A DNA stretch of 64,000 nucleotides, taken from assembly GCA_949296605.1 (NCBI GenBank), contig CASFPB010000039.1, positions 7,766 to 71,765 on the forward strand, in the 5' to 3' direction. This DNA comes from an uncultured bacterium. GTDB lineage: Bacteria > Bacillota_I > Bacilli_A > RF39 > UBA660. Below are positions 26,094 to 35,411 of this stretch, in pieces (the first letter of the stretch is position 1; each line of letters begins with the position of its first letter). A program made the translations under genes and the position numbers. Below the pieces are notes generated by a model that was not told the origin of the DNA, ran no database searches, and worked only from the letters and a program-made list of their open reading frames with translations.

Positions 26094-29000
26094 ATGAAAA
26101 ATAGTATTTTATTATATCAGCTTATGCAAGAATATGGTTTTTATAATAAATCAAGTGAATTTTATATTGAAATTATAAAAAAATATGAAATAAATGGCGA
26201 AGTTAATAGACAAGACATAATAAAAATTAGAGAAAGTATATTAAAAAAAATAAAAGGGGATATAAAGAATTTAAATATTGATTGGCTTATAAAGTTGTTC
26301 TTAAAAGTTAAAACGTTAAGTGATTTATCAAAGTTATTAAATTTATTAAATAAATATAATATAGTTTTAGATTTTAGTTTAATTGAAAATTTAATAAATA
26401 ATAATTCGCAAGTTGATGCTTTAATATTTAACTTTTTAAAAAAAGGAAAAAATATAACAATTTCATATATAGATAGAATTAGTGATAATGAGTTAGTAAC
26501 TGAACTTTTAATTGCCTATGCAACTATAAAAAATATCTTAACAAATGAATCAGAAAAAGAAGCAAACGAATATTATGAAGATGAAACTAAAAATTCTAAA
26601 ATTGATGATTCAATAGGCATGTATTTAAAAGAAATAGGTAGCATACCATTATTATCAAAAGAAGAAGAACTTGAATTATTTAAAAAGATAGAAATGGGCA
26701 GTAAACAAGCAAAAGATAGAGTAATTGAAGCAAATTTACGTCTAGCAGCTTCTATTGCCAAAAAATATTTGAACAAAGGTTTAGGGCTACAAGACCTTAT
26801 TCAAGAAGGAAATATAGGGATTATGAAGGCAGTAGAAAGGTTTGATTATAAGAAGGGATACAAATTTTCTACTTACGCAACTTGGTGGATTAGACAAACT
26901 ATTACAAGGGCAATAAGTGAACAATCTAGAACAATTAGAGTGCCAGTTCATATGAGTGAAGATATAAAAAACTTACATATAGCTAAAAATAATTTATCAA
27001 TTAAGCTAAATAGAGAACCAACTATTGAGGAAATTGCAGAAGTATTAAACATGACTTCAGATAAAGTATTAGAAATAATTAGATTTGACACAGAAACATC
27101 AACAGCATCATTAAATGCTACAGTTGGTGATGAAGATGATTCAGAGCTAGGGAATTTCATTGAAGATACTTTTTTTGAATCGCCAACAAAAACATTTGAA
27201 CAAAAAGATTTAAGTATTAGATTAAATGAAATGCTTAATGAGTTAAAAGATAGAGAAAAATCGGTTATAATGTATAGATTTGGTTTAATAAATGGAAAAC
27301 CTTATACACTTGAGGAAATAGGTATAATATTTAATGTTACAAGAGAAAGAATAAGGCAAATAGAAGCAAAGGCATTAAGAAAATTAGGTAACCCTGTAAG
27401 AGCTAAAAAAATAAAAGATTATTATGAATTTGAAGATGTTGATTGCAGAATATCAAAAGGATTTTGGAATAATTTTGCACATTATACAAAAGATATTGTT
27501 TTTTTAATAATTGATAATGATCTTGAAGAAAATTTAAAAAATGCACTATATGGAGTTTTCGGAAAAGATTTATCAAAAGTAAAAATTAAAAATTCAAGTG
27601 AAACAACAAAAGCAATAGAAGCAATTGAAGCAATTAAAACAATTTTAAAAACAAAAGATCAAAGTCAATACGAAATAACTTTACAAGAATATTTAAAAGC
27701 AACCGATGAAGAATATGAAAATTTAAAAAAGATTATTATATGTTCTTCTTACTGTGAAATATTATCAGAATTATTTGGTAGTAATTTTGATCAACCAAAA
27801 TCAGGTATAATAGCATCGCCAAGTAATGAGGCAACTTATTATAATATTGCATTTTGTTATTTAAAAAATTGTTTAAATAAACGATGCGAAGTTCTACCTG
27901 AATTTAGATTAGGAACGCTACAGGAGATACTTAATGCAAGCAAAGAAGAAATAAAATATTTAAAAGATAGCGTATTAAGTAAAACGGCTAACCGTTCTAT
28001 AATAATAAAAGTTTTTGGAAATAACTTAGATCAAATAAATTCAGGTTATTATGAATTAGAATATAGTGAAAAAAATAAATATTTTAAATCTATTTCGTAT
28101 TTAAAAAAAGAATTAACTAATTACAGAAAATTAAATTCAAGTAATAATATAACTTTGCAAGAAATACTAAATGCAACTGATGAAGAAATGTTATTTATAA
28201 AATGTAAAATTATAAATGATTCTTATTTTCAAATAATATTAAGAGTTTTTGGAAATGAATTAAATCAAACAAATAAAAGCTTTAATGAATTAAGCGAAGA
28301 AGAAAAAATAGAATATAATAAATGTATAAGAAGTTTAAAAGACAAAATACGAGGATTTAGAGTATTTAACAATAATAGAAGAAATTTGCAAAAGTATTTA
28401 AACGCATCTGATGAAGAAATGGTTTATTTAAATCAAACGTATATAGCTTCAGCAAAATTAAAAAATATTATCTATGGAATATATGGTGAAAATTTAAACG
28501 AATTTAACGTTTATTTTTACGCTAGCTTATCTGATAAAGAGTTATTTAATTATAGTTCATTTATAACAAATTTGCAAAAAAAATTAGAAAAACATCGCCA
28601 TGAGCAAAAAGATTGTAAAACTATTCAAGAACTTTTAGAACTATCAAATGAAGAATTAGAATTAATTAGACTTTATTATATAAATAAATCAGATAGATAC
28701 CAAATATTAATAGAAGTATTCGGAGAAAATTTAGACCAAACAAATAAAATAGTTTGTTCATTTAATAATCATAAAAATCAAACCTATAATAACGCTTTAA
28801 ATGATTTAAGAAAAACAATAAAAACGCATAGAGAAATAGTAGGCGTTGGAAAAACTATTTTTGAAATTTTAAATATGTCAATTGACGAATTTAATTTGAT
28901 TAAACAAAACTTTTCACAAAATTTTGCAAATTTTAATGTTTTAATAAAAGTATTTGGGGATAATTTTGATAAAACCGATGAAAACTATCATAATTTATCA

Positions 29001-29699
29001 ATTGAAGAAAAAGTAGAATATATTAAAGCATTAGAAGAGTTTACTAATTGTTTGATATCTGTTAGAACATACAAAACTAAACATCAAACATTACAAGAAA
29101 TACTGGGAGCTACAGAAGAAGAAATAGCATTTATAAAAGATAATTATCCACAAAATACAAAAAATTATGATATTTTAGTCAAAGTCTTTGGCATAGATTT
29201 CACAAATAATAATTATAATCTAACTGAATTAAATGATTTTGAGAAAGGTCAATACTACCGAGCAATAAATTGTTTAAGAAAATATTTAAAAAATTATAGG
29301 AAAGGTAAAAATAAATTACCTAAAAAAGAAGAGTCAAAATTACCAAATGATACTACTAAAATAGATAAACAAGATGACATAGAATATTTGGATGCATTAC
29401 CTGATATAAATTTAAATGAAATTAAAACACCTTTTACGCATCCATATTTTCAAGAATTTATTAATATTTTACCAGAAGAGTATCGTATTATAACTGCTAA
29501 AAGAATGGGATTAAGTGATGGTTGCATCCATTCTTTAACAAGCCTAGCAAAAGAATTTAAAATAAGTCCAAAAGAAGCTTATGATAAATGCGAAAATGGT
29601 ATAGCATTATTTATATTTATAGTTAAAACATACCAAACCACATTTAATAAAGAATTACCAATTTTAGATTTAGATATGTTATTAAAACGTCTTATATAA
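26094..29699 (+). CDS. Giant sigma-70 fusion protein (1201 aa): novel N-domain + complete SigA/RpoD-like regions 1.2-4.2 + 7 helical repeats + second, C-terminal sigma-region-4-like HTH
   Basis: Strong RBS aaaggagga, 12 nt after the upstream stop. The sigma core (nt ~26604-27427) has [77 protein letters not shown] and [28 protein letters not shown]. It is then followed by ~760 further aa. Confidence 0.88.
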   Translation: MKNSILLYQLMQEYGFYNKSSEFYIEIIKKYEINGEVNRQDIIKIRESILKKIKGDIKNLNIDWLIKLFLKVKTLSDLSKLLNLLNKYNIVLDFSLIENLINNNSQVDALIFNFLKKGKNITISYIDRISDNELVTELLIAYATIKNILTNESEKEANEYYEDETKNSKIDDSIGMYLKEIGSIPLLSKEEELELFKKIEMGSKQAKDRVIEANLRLAASIAKKYLNKGLGLQDLIQEGNIGIMKAVERFDYKKGYKFSTYATWWIRQTITRAISEQSRTIRVPVHMSEDIKNLHIAKNNLSIKLNREPTIEEIAEVLNMTSDKVLEIIRFDTETSTASLNATVGDEDDSELGNFIEDTFFESPTKTFEQKDLSIRLNEMLNELKDREKSVIMYRFGLINGKPYTLEEIGIIFNVTRERIRQIEAKALRKLGNPVRAKKIKDYYEFEDVDCRISKGFWNNFAHYTKDIVFLIIDNDLEENLKNALYGVFGKDLSKVKIKNSSETTKAIEAIEAIKTILKTKDQSQYEITLQEYLKATDEEYENLKKIIICSSYCEILSELFGSNFDQPKSGIIASPSNEATYYNIAFCYLKNCLNKRCEVLPEFRLGTLQEILNASKEEIKYLKDSVLSKTANRSIIIKVFGNNLDQINSGYYELEYSEKNKYFKSISYLKKELTNYRKLNSSNNITLQEILNATDEEMLFIKCKIINDSYFQIILRVFGNELNQTNKSFNELSEEEKIEYNKCIRSLKDKIRGFRVFNNNRRNLQKYLNASDEEMVYLNQTYIASAKLKNIIYGIYGENLNEFNVYFYASLSDKELFNYSSFITNLQKKLEKHRHEQKDCKTIQELLELSNEELELIRLYYINKSDRYQILIEVFGENLDQTNKIVCSFNNHKNQTYNNALNDLRKTIKTHREIVGVGKTIFEILNMSIDEFNLIKQNFSQNFANFNVLIKVFGDNFDKTDENYHNLSIEEKVEYIKALEEFTNCLISVRTYKTKHQTLQEILGATEEEIAFIKDNYPQNTKNYDILVKVFGIDFTNNNYNLTELNDFEKGQYYRAINCLRKYLKNYRKGKNKLPKKEESKLPNDTTKIDKQDDIEYLDALPDINLNEIKTPFTHPYFQEFINILPEEYRIITAKRMGLSDGCIHSLTSLAKEFKISPKEAYDKCENGIALFIFIVKTYQTTFNKELPILDLDMLLKRLI
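27675..29320 (+). repeat. Seven in-frame tandem coding repeats, period 231-237 nt
   Basis: The T(L/I)Q-E-I-L codon anchors fall at 27678, 27915, 28152, 28383, 28620, 28854 and 29088. The unit is the same as in 22674..26081. Confidence 0.85.
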
Positions 29700-29702
29700 A
29701 AA

Positions 29703-30395
29703 TTAAATATTTTTGTTTTTAATAAATTCAGTGAGCATTTTAGTAAGTGCTCTTTTTTCAATTCTAGAAACATAACTTCTAGATATTTTTAACTCTTTTG
29801 CTATTTCTTTTTGCGTCATTTCCTTAGTATTAAATAATCCATATCTTTTAACTATAATTTCTTTTTCTCTATCATTTAAAAGATTTAGATATTTATTTAA
29901 TAAATTAATATTGTTTTTAATTTCAAGTTGGTCAAATAAATCTTTATCCTTATCTTTTATTACATCTATTAAGCTTATTTCATTTCCATCTTTATCATAC
30001 CCAATAGCATCATTTAAACTAACAGTAACATTAACATGTTTATTAGCTCTAAAATGCATTAATAATTCATTTTGAATACATCTAGCAGCATAAGTAGTAA
30101 TTTTTGTTTTTTTATCATTATTATATGTATCAATTCCTTTAATAAGACCAATAGTTCCAATACTTATTAAATCATCAGTATCAACATCTTTGGTATCAAA
30201 CTTTTTAACTATATGTGCAACCAAACGTAAATTGTGCTCAATAAGTTTATTGCGAGAATTCTTATCTCCATTTAACATATCATTTATACATTTTTCTTCT
30301 TCTATAGCATTAAGTGGTTCAGGAAAAACATTATTAGAATAGCTTCCTGTAAAAAATAACATATCTTTAATAATATTAAACAAATTAAATAACAT
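29703..30395 (-). CDS. sigK: Sporulation sigma factor K precursor (pro-sigma-K), uninterrupted
   Basis: YSNNVFPEPLNAIEEEKCI..GDKNSRNKLIEHNLRLVAHIVKKF..DDLISIGTIGLIKGIDTY..TYAARCIQNELLMHFR matches SigK rather than SigE (HNLRLVAHIVKKF). It carries a ~20-aa hydrophobic pro-sequence. The ATG at 30395 follows RBS agaggtg; the track start 30401 is a GTG inside the RBS. Confidence 0.85.
   Translation of the reverse strand: MLFNLFNIIKDMLFFTGSYSNNVFPEPLNAIEEEKCINDMLNGDKNSRNKLIEHNLRLVAHIVKKFDTKDVDTDDLISIGTIGLIKGIDTYNNDKKTKITTYAARCIQNELLMHFRANKHVNVTVSLNDAIGYDKDGNEISLIDVIKDKDKDLFDQLEIKNNINLLNKYLNLLNDREKEIIVKRYGLFNTKEMTQKEIAKELKISRSYVSRIEKRALTKMLTEFIKNKNI
29733..29758 (+). terminator. Plus-strand intrinsic terminator for the giant-repeat operon, embedded in the 3' coding end of sigK (opposite strand)
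   Basis: Stem gagca(t)(29733-29738)/(g)tgctc(29747-29752) followed by a 6-T run (29753-29758). Confidence 0.5.
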
Positions 30396-30419
30396 AAACA
30401 CCTCTATACTTTATTTTAT

Positions 30420-30447
30420 TTGCAATTTTGAAATAATATGTTAAAAT
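30420..30447 (+). promoter_or_regulatory. Extended -10 promoter for the third giant sigma-repeat gene (divergent from sigK)
   Basis: ttgcaa (30420-30425), 16-nt spacer ending TGn, taaaat (30442-30447). It lies 28 nt upstream of the ATG at 30475. Confidence 0.5.
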
Positions 30448-30474
30448 ATATAACTATTACTGGGGGAATTAATA

Positions 30475-32802
30475 ATGGATATAAGTGTGATTGTAGAAAA
30501 ATTAAGTGAAGAATTTTCTTTTTACAATAAACCATACGAATATTATTTTAAAATATGTAATGAAATATTATGTGATGATGCAAATTTAATGTATAAATTT
30601 TGTTATGAAAAAGTAGTTTTAGATATAAAAAACGATTGGAAAAGTTTAAAAATTGGTTGGTTTATTGCAATATTTAAAGAAAATTTAAATGGAATGTTAG
30701 AAATATTAACTAAATTTGGATTAGTGATAGATAATACTAATTTTAAGCAAATTATAAAAAAATATCCTGATTTTGAAAATGTTTTAAGTGATTTAGTAGA
30801 AAATGATGCTTACTTAGATGAAAATGAAACATTAAAAAAACTAATTAAATTATACTTAAGTTATACAGAAAGCAAAATGAAAAATAAACAAGATAAGGAT
30901 ATATTATTGTGGGAAGAACAATTAGAAATATTTAAGATTTTAAAAGAATTAAGTAAAGAACCAGAAAAAAATAAAACTTTCATAGCTTATTATTATGATT
31001 TACTAGTAGAGCAATATAAAAATTTTGTTCGATCCCTAATACCAAAATATGAACAAGAAAAAGTAGAATATGATGATTTAGTTCAAGAAGGATTCATTGG
31101 ATTAATTAATGCAATTAGAAATTTTGATTATACAAAGGGTTATAAATTTTCATCATATGCTTATGTTGTTATAAAAAACGTTATTAGGAAATACATAAAT
31201 AAAAACATTAGATCAATAAGAATTCCTGATTCAATGTTAAACGATTATTTTAGAATAATATATACTCAAAGAGATTATTATATGTTAAATGGAAAAGAAG
31301 CAAGCGAAGAAAAACTATCAGAAATGTTAGGTATGTCAATAGAAAAAATTAGAAATGTTTTAATGTGCTGTGAAGATACAATATCATTATATGATTCTTT
31401 GGGTAGGGGACCAGAAGAAGCAGAATATACTTTATTATGTGCAATAAAAAATGAATCGTCCCCATTACCAGATGAAATATATGAAAGAAAACAAATAAAT
31501 TTGATGATAGAAGAATTGTTTAGTGTTTTAACAGGCATTCAAAGAAAAGTAATTGAACAATATTTTGGATTTTATAATCAAAAACCTAAATCAATTCAAA
31601 ATATAGCAGATGAACTTGGTTGTTCAAGAGAAAATATAGATCAAATAAGAAGTAATGCATTAAAACGAATGAGAAAACACCTAGCTGATAAAAAGAATAA
31701 TGATTTAAATACCTTTAGTAAATTTTCGTTAAATACAAATTATTTTTGGTATAACTTTATAGGCTTTAAAAAGTCAGATGTATTAGAAGCTATAAACGAA
31801 CTTGTAAATGAAAAAAAATTAAGTGAATTAGAGCAAAAATCCTTAATTGATAGATTTGGTAAAAAATATAATTTATTAAATAAAGTAGATGAAGAAACAA
31901 TAAAAGTTGTTAGTGTATCTATAGAAAAGATAAAAGAAAAACTTCTTGAAATACGAAAACGAAAATCGATGTTAAAAACAAAGATTGAAATAGGTAGTTT
32001 AATGGATATTTTAGATGCAACGATTGATGAAATAAAATATCTTAGATCAACTAGGAAAAAAGATAGTAAAAGCATAAATTTACTTACTAGATTATTTAAT
32101 GATGATTTTTTAAGAGAAGGATTAATACCAGTTTATTTAAGTAAAACTGAATTAAGAACTTATTATTCTGCTATAAGTGCATTAAGAGAATCATTAAAAC
32201 TTTATAGAAAAAAAGAAGAAACTAAAAGATATTACTTTGGCTTAACATTAAAACAAATATTAAATATAACTACTGAAGAAATTGAATTTTTAAAAAGAAC
32301 AATTAATCCTAAATCTGCTTATTATTCAGTATTAACTAAATGTTTTGGAACTTCATTAGAAGAAGAAAATAAAAATGAAAAATTGGATGAAAAAGAATTA
32401 AAATTATTAAAAATTGCTATAAGCAAAATGGAAGTATTAATTTTTTATTATAGAGAAGAAGAAACTAAAAGACTATTAAAAATCTATAGCTATTTTAACA
32501 TGCCTGAAGAAACTAATGAAAAAGTTGTTACACCATTTAGCAACCCAAGATTTAAATTGTTTATTCAATGCTTACCTGATGAGCTACAAATTATAACAGC
32601 GATGAGAATCGGAGCTGATAATGGCGTTATTAAATCGATATTTGAAATTGCAATGTATTTAAATGAAGATGAAGAAGAAGTAAGAAGAAAATGTGAAATA
32701 GGAATAAATTTGTTTAAAACGTTAGTAAGTGAATATAAAAATGAGTATGAAAATGATTTTGAAACATTTTTAATACAAAGTAGAAAAAAATACGGTAAAT
32801 AA
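30475..32802 (+). CDS. Giant divergent sigma-70 fusion protein (775 aa): N-domain paralogous to 26094 gene + divergent sigma regions 2-4 + FW-x-NF linker + 2 repeats + C-terminal sigma-region-4-like HTH
   Basis: RBS ggggga upstream. Region 2 reads DDLVQEGFIGLINAIRNFDYTKGYKFSSYAYVVIKNVIRKYI, where the Trp dyad is replaced by VV. Region 4 reads LTGIQRKVIEQYFGFYNQKPKSIQNIADELGCSRENIDQIRSNALKRMRKHL. The C-terminus reads TPFSNPRFKLFIQCLPDELQIITAMRIGADNGVIKSIFEIAMYL. Confidence 0.85.
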   Translation: MDISVIVEKLSEEFSFYNKPYEYYFKICNEILCDDANLMYKFCYEKVVLDIKNDWKSLKIGWFIAIFKENLNGMLEILTKFGLVIDNTNFKQIIKKYPDFENVLSDLVENDAYLDENETLKKLIKLYLSYTESKMKNKQDKDILLWEEQLEIFKILKELSKEPEKNKTFIAYYYDLLVEQYKNFVRSLIPKYEQEKVEYDDLVQEGFIGLINAIRNFDYTKGYKFSSYAYVVIKNVIRKYINKNIRSIRIPDSMLNDYFRIIYTQRDYYMLNGKEASEEKLSEMLGMSIEKIRNVLMCCEDTISLYDSLGRGPEEAEYTLLCAIKNESSPLPDEIYERKQINLMIEELFSVLTGIQRKVIEQYFGFYNQKPKSIQNIADELGCSRENIDQIRSNALKRMRKHLADKKNNDLNTFSKFSLNTNYFWYNFIGFKKSDVLEAINELVNEKKLSELEQKSLIDRFGKKYNLLNKVDEETIKVVSVSIEKIKEKLLEIRKRKSMLKTKIEIGSLMDILDATIDEIKYLRSTRKKDSKSINLLTRLFNDDFLREGLIPVYLSKTELRTYYSAISALRESLKLYRKKEETKRYYFGLTLKQILNITTEEIEFLKRTINPKSAYYSVLTKCFGTSLEEENKNEKLDEKELKLLKIAISKMEVLIFYYREEETKRLLKIYSYFNMPEETNEKVVTPFSNPRFKLFIQCLPDELQIITAMRIGADNGVIKSIFEIAMYLNEDEEEVRRKCEIGINLFKTLVSEYKNEYENDFETFLIQSRKKYGK
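31996..32480 (+). repeat. Two in-frame copies of the helical repeat unit (period ~249 nt)
   Basis: SLMDILDATIDEIKYLRS...LLTRLFNDDF... and TLKQILNITTEEIEFLKR...VLTKCFGTSL... Confidence 0.7.
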
Positions 32803-32843
32803 CATTAATTATGATATACTATTAAAGGATGGAGAAGAAAAAT

Positions 32844-35396
32844 ATGGTAAAAAAACTGATTTTAATAGATGGAAATAATTTAATGTTTAGAAGTTATTAT
32901 GCAACTGCATATAGTGGGAATATGATGAAAAACTCAAAAGGCATGCCAACCAATGCCTTGTTTGGTTTTGTATCAATGATTAATAAAATTATCAATGAAG
33001 AAAATCCCAAGTATATTGCAGTTGCTTTTGACATTGGGAAAAACTTTCGTAAAGAACAATATGATTTTTATAAAGAAGGAAGACAACAAACACCTGATGA
33101 ATTAAAAGTTCAAATGCCAATAGCTAGAAAAATTCTTGATGCTATGAATATTAAACATTTTGAACTAGAACCTTATGAAGCTGATGATATAATTGGAACT
33201 ATAGTAAAAATGACAGAAGAAGATAAAGATTTTGCAAGTGTAATCGTATCTAGTGATAAAGATTTACTTCAATTAATAAGTGAAGAAACAGAAGTAAAAT
33301 TATTAAAACAAACAGGATTTATAAGATATGACTATAAAACATTTGTAGATGATTATAAAATTGAACCAATTAGAATAATTGATTTAAAAGCATTAATGGG
33401 AGATAGTTCTGATAATATTCCTGGCGTTAAAGGGATTGGCGAAAAAACAGCATTAAAATTACTTCAAGAATATAAATCACTAGAAAATTTATATGATAAT
33501 GTTGAAAATGTTACTGGTAAAACAAAAGAAAAATTGATAAATGATAAAGAAAATGCATTTATGAGTAAAAATATTGCTACAATTTATAGAGATGTTCCAT
33601 TAAATATTAATTTAGAAGATTTAAAGTTTGATTTAAAAGATGATACAAAATTAAAAGAAATATATAATGAGTTAGAATTTTATTCATTATTAAAAACTAC
33701 AATTGTAAAAAAAGAAGAAGTAAAAATAGAATATAAAGAAATAACTTCAATAAGTGAACTTAATTTAAATGAAAAAATAGCAATTTATTTAGAATTAGAT
33801 AATGAGAATTATCATAAAGCAAATCAAGTATGCTTAACAATTACCGATGGGAAAAATAATTATTATGTAAAAAAAGATTTAATTAAAGATGTATTAGATT
33901 TAATTAAAGATAAAAATATAATAACTTATGATACTAAAAAAATAATAGGTAATACAAAAATATATATAAATTCAAGTTTTGATGTATCAATTGCTGGTTA
34001 TATTTTAAATTATAATATTAAAGATGATTTAGCATTTTTAGCTAATCAATTAGATTATCAAATAGAATTTTTTGATGTTTCAAAGAAAAATAATTTTGCA
34101 AATAAAGAAGAAGTAGTAAAAAAGTGTTTGTTTTTATATGATATAGAAGAAAAATTAGAAAATAAATTAATTGAAGAAAATCAAATAGATTTATTTAAAA
34201 ATATTGAAATGCCATTAATTAATGTGTTAGCTGATATGGAAATAACAGGTATTAAAGTTGATGAAAATGAATTAAAGAAAATGGGTGAAGAATTTACTGT
34301 TAAATTAGAACTATTAGAAAAAGAAATATATAATTTAGCAGGAATAGAATTTAATATTAATAGTCCTAAACAATTAGGTGAAATACTATTTGACAAATTA
34401 CAATTAGCTAAGGGCAAGAAAAATAAAACTGGTTATAAAACAGATGTTAAAGTTTTAGAAAAACTTGCTGAAAACTATCCAATCGCTGAAAAAATTCTCG
34501 AATATAGAGGACTTGCAAAATTGAAAAACACCTATATTGATGGCTTAGAAAATTGCATTTTAAACGATGGTAAAATACATACTATATATAAACAAACTTT
34601 AACTAGAACTGGAAGATTATCATCAACTGAACCAAATTTACAAAATATACCAGTTAGAGATGAATTAGGAAGAAAAATAAGAAAAGCATTTGTCCCTTCA
34701 AATGACTTACTGCTTAGTGCTGATTATTCACAAATAGAACTTAGAATTCTTGCACACATATCTAAATGTCCTAAGTTAATTCAATCTTTTATTGATGGAT
34801 TAGATATTCACACAAAAGTTGCAAGTGATATTTATGGAATAAACAAGGAAGAAGTTACAAAAACAATGAGAAGAACTGCAAAGGCTGTAATATTTGGTAT
34901 TGTATATGGAATTAGTGGCTTTGGTTTAGGAGAAAATCTACATATATCTAGAAAAGATGCTGAAAGTTTTATAAATAAATATTTTGAAATTTATCCTGAG
35001 GTAAAAAAATATACAGAAGATATAGTTAAATATGCTCATGAAAATGGTTATGTTAAAACTTTATTTAATAGAAAAAGAATATTAGATGAAATCAATAATC
35101 CTAACTATATGATAAAAAGTATGGGAGAAAGAATGGCAATGAATACCCCAATTCAGGGAACTAGTGCAGACATAATGAAGATGGCTATGATTAATGTCCA
35201 TCATAGATTTAAAAAAGATAACATTGAAAGTAAAATTTTATTACAAGTCCATGATGAAATAATAGTTGATGTAAAATTAAATGAATTAGAACAAGTTAAA
35301 AAAATAATAAAAGAAGAAATGGAAAACGTATATAAATTAGATGTTCCATTAAAAGTAGAAATTGATACTGGAACAAACTGGTATGAAGCAAAATAA
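32844..35396 (+). CDS. polA: DNA polymerase I
   Basis: 5'-nuclease N-terminus LILIDGNNLMFRSYYA and pol motifs DYSQIELRILAH, RRTAKAVIFGIVYG and QVHDEII. The ATG at 32844 follows RBS ggatggag. Confidence 0.92.
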   Translation: MVKKLILIDGNNLMFRSYYATAYSGNMMKNSKGMPTNALFGFVSMINKIINEENPKYIAVAFDIGKNFRKEQYDFYKEGRQQTPDELKVQMPIARKILDAMNIKHFELEPYEADDIIGTIVKMTEEDKDFASVIVSSDKDLLQLISEETEVKLLKQTGFIRYDYKTFVDDYKIEPIRIIDLKALMGDSSDNIPGVKGIGEKTALKLLQEYKSLENLYDNVENVTGKTKEKLINDKENAFMSKNIATIYRDVPLNINLEDLKFDLKDDTKLKEIYNELEFYSLLKTTIVKKEEVKIEYKEITSISELNLNEKIAIYLELDNENYHKANQVCLTITDGKNNYYVKKDLIKDVLDLIKDKNIITYDTKKIIGNTKIYINSSFDVSIAGYILNYNIKDDLAFLANQLDYQIEFFDVSKKNNFANKEEVVKKCLFLYDIEEKLENKLIEENQIDLFKNIEMPLINVLADMEITGIKVDENELKKMGEEFTVKLELLEKEIYNLAGIEFNINSPKQLGEILFDKLQLAKGKKNKTGYKTDVKVLEKLAENYPIAEKILEYRGLAKLKNTYIDGLENCILNDGKIHTIYKQTLTRTGRLSSTEPNLQNIPVRDELGRKIRKAFVPSNDLLLSADYSQIELRILAHISKCPKLIQSFIDGLDIHTKVASDIYGINKEEVTKTMRRTAKAVIFGIVYGISGFGLGENLHISRKDAESFINKYFEIYPEVKKYTEDIVKYAHENGYVKTLFNRKRILDEINNPNYMIKSMGERMAMNTPIQGTSADIMKMAMINVHHRFKKDNIESKILLQVHDEIIVDVKLNELEQVKKIIKEEMENVYKLDVPLKVEIDTGTNWYEAK

Positions 35397-35411
35397 AAAG
35401 TAGGTGATTAA

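Noticed and set aside
22674-32802. Interpreting the sigma-repeat locus as a prophage or other mobile-element cargo.
   Set aside because: No integrase, recombinase, transposase, phage structural genes, tRNA attachment site or flanking direct repeats are visible. Composition looks the same as the flanks by eye.
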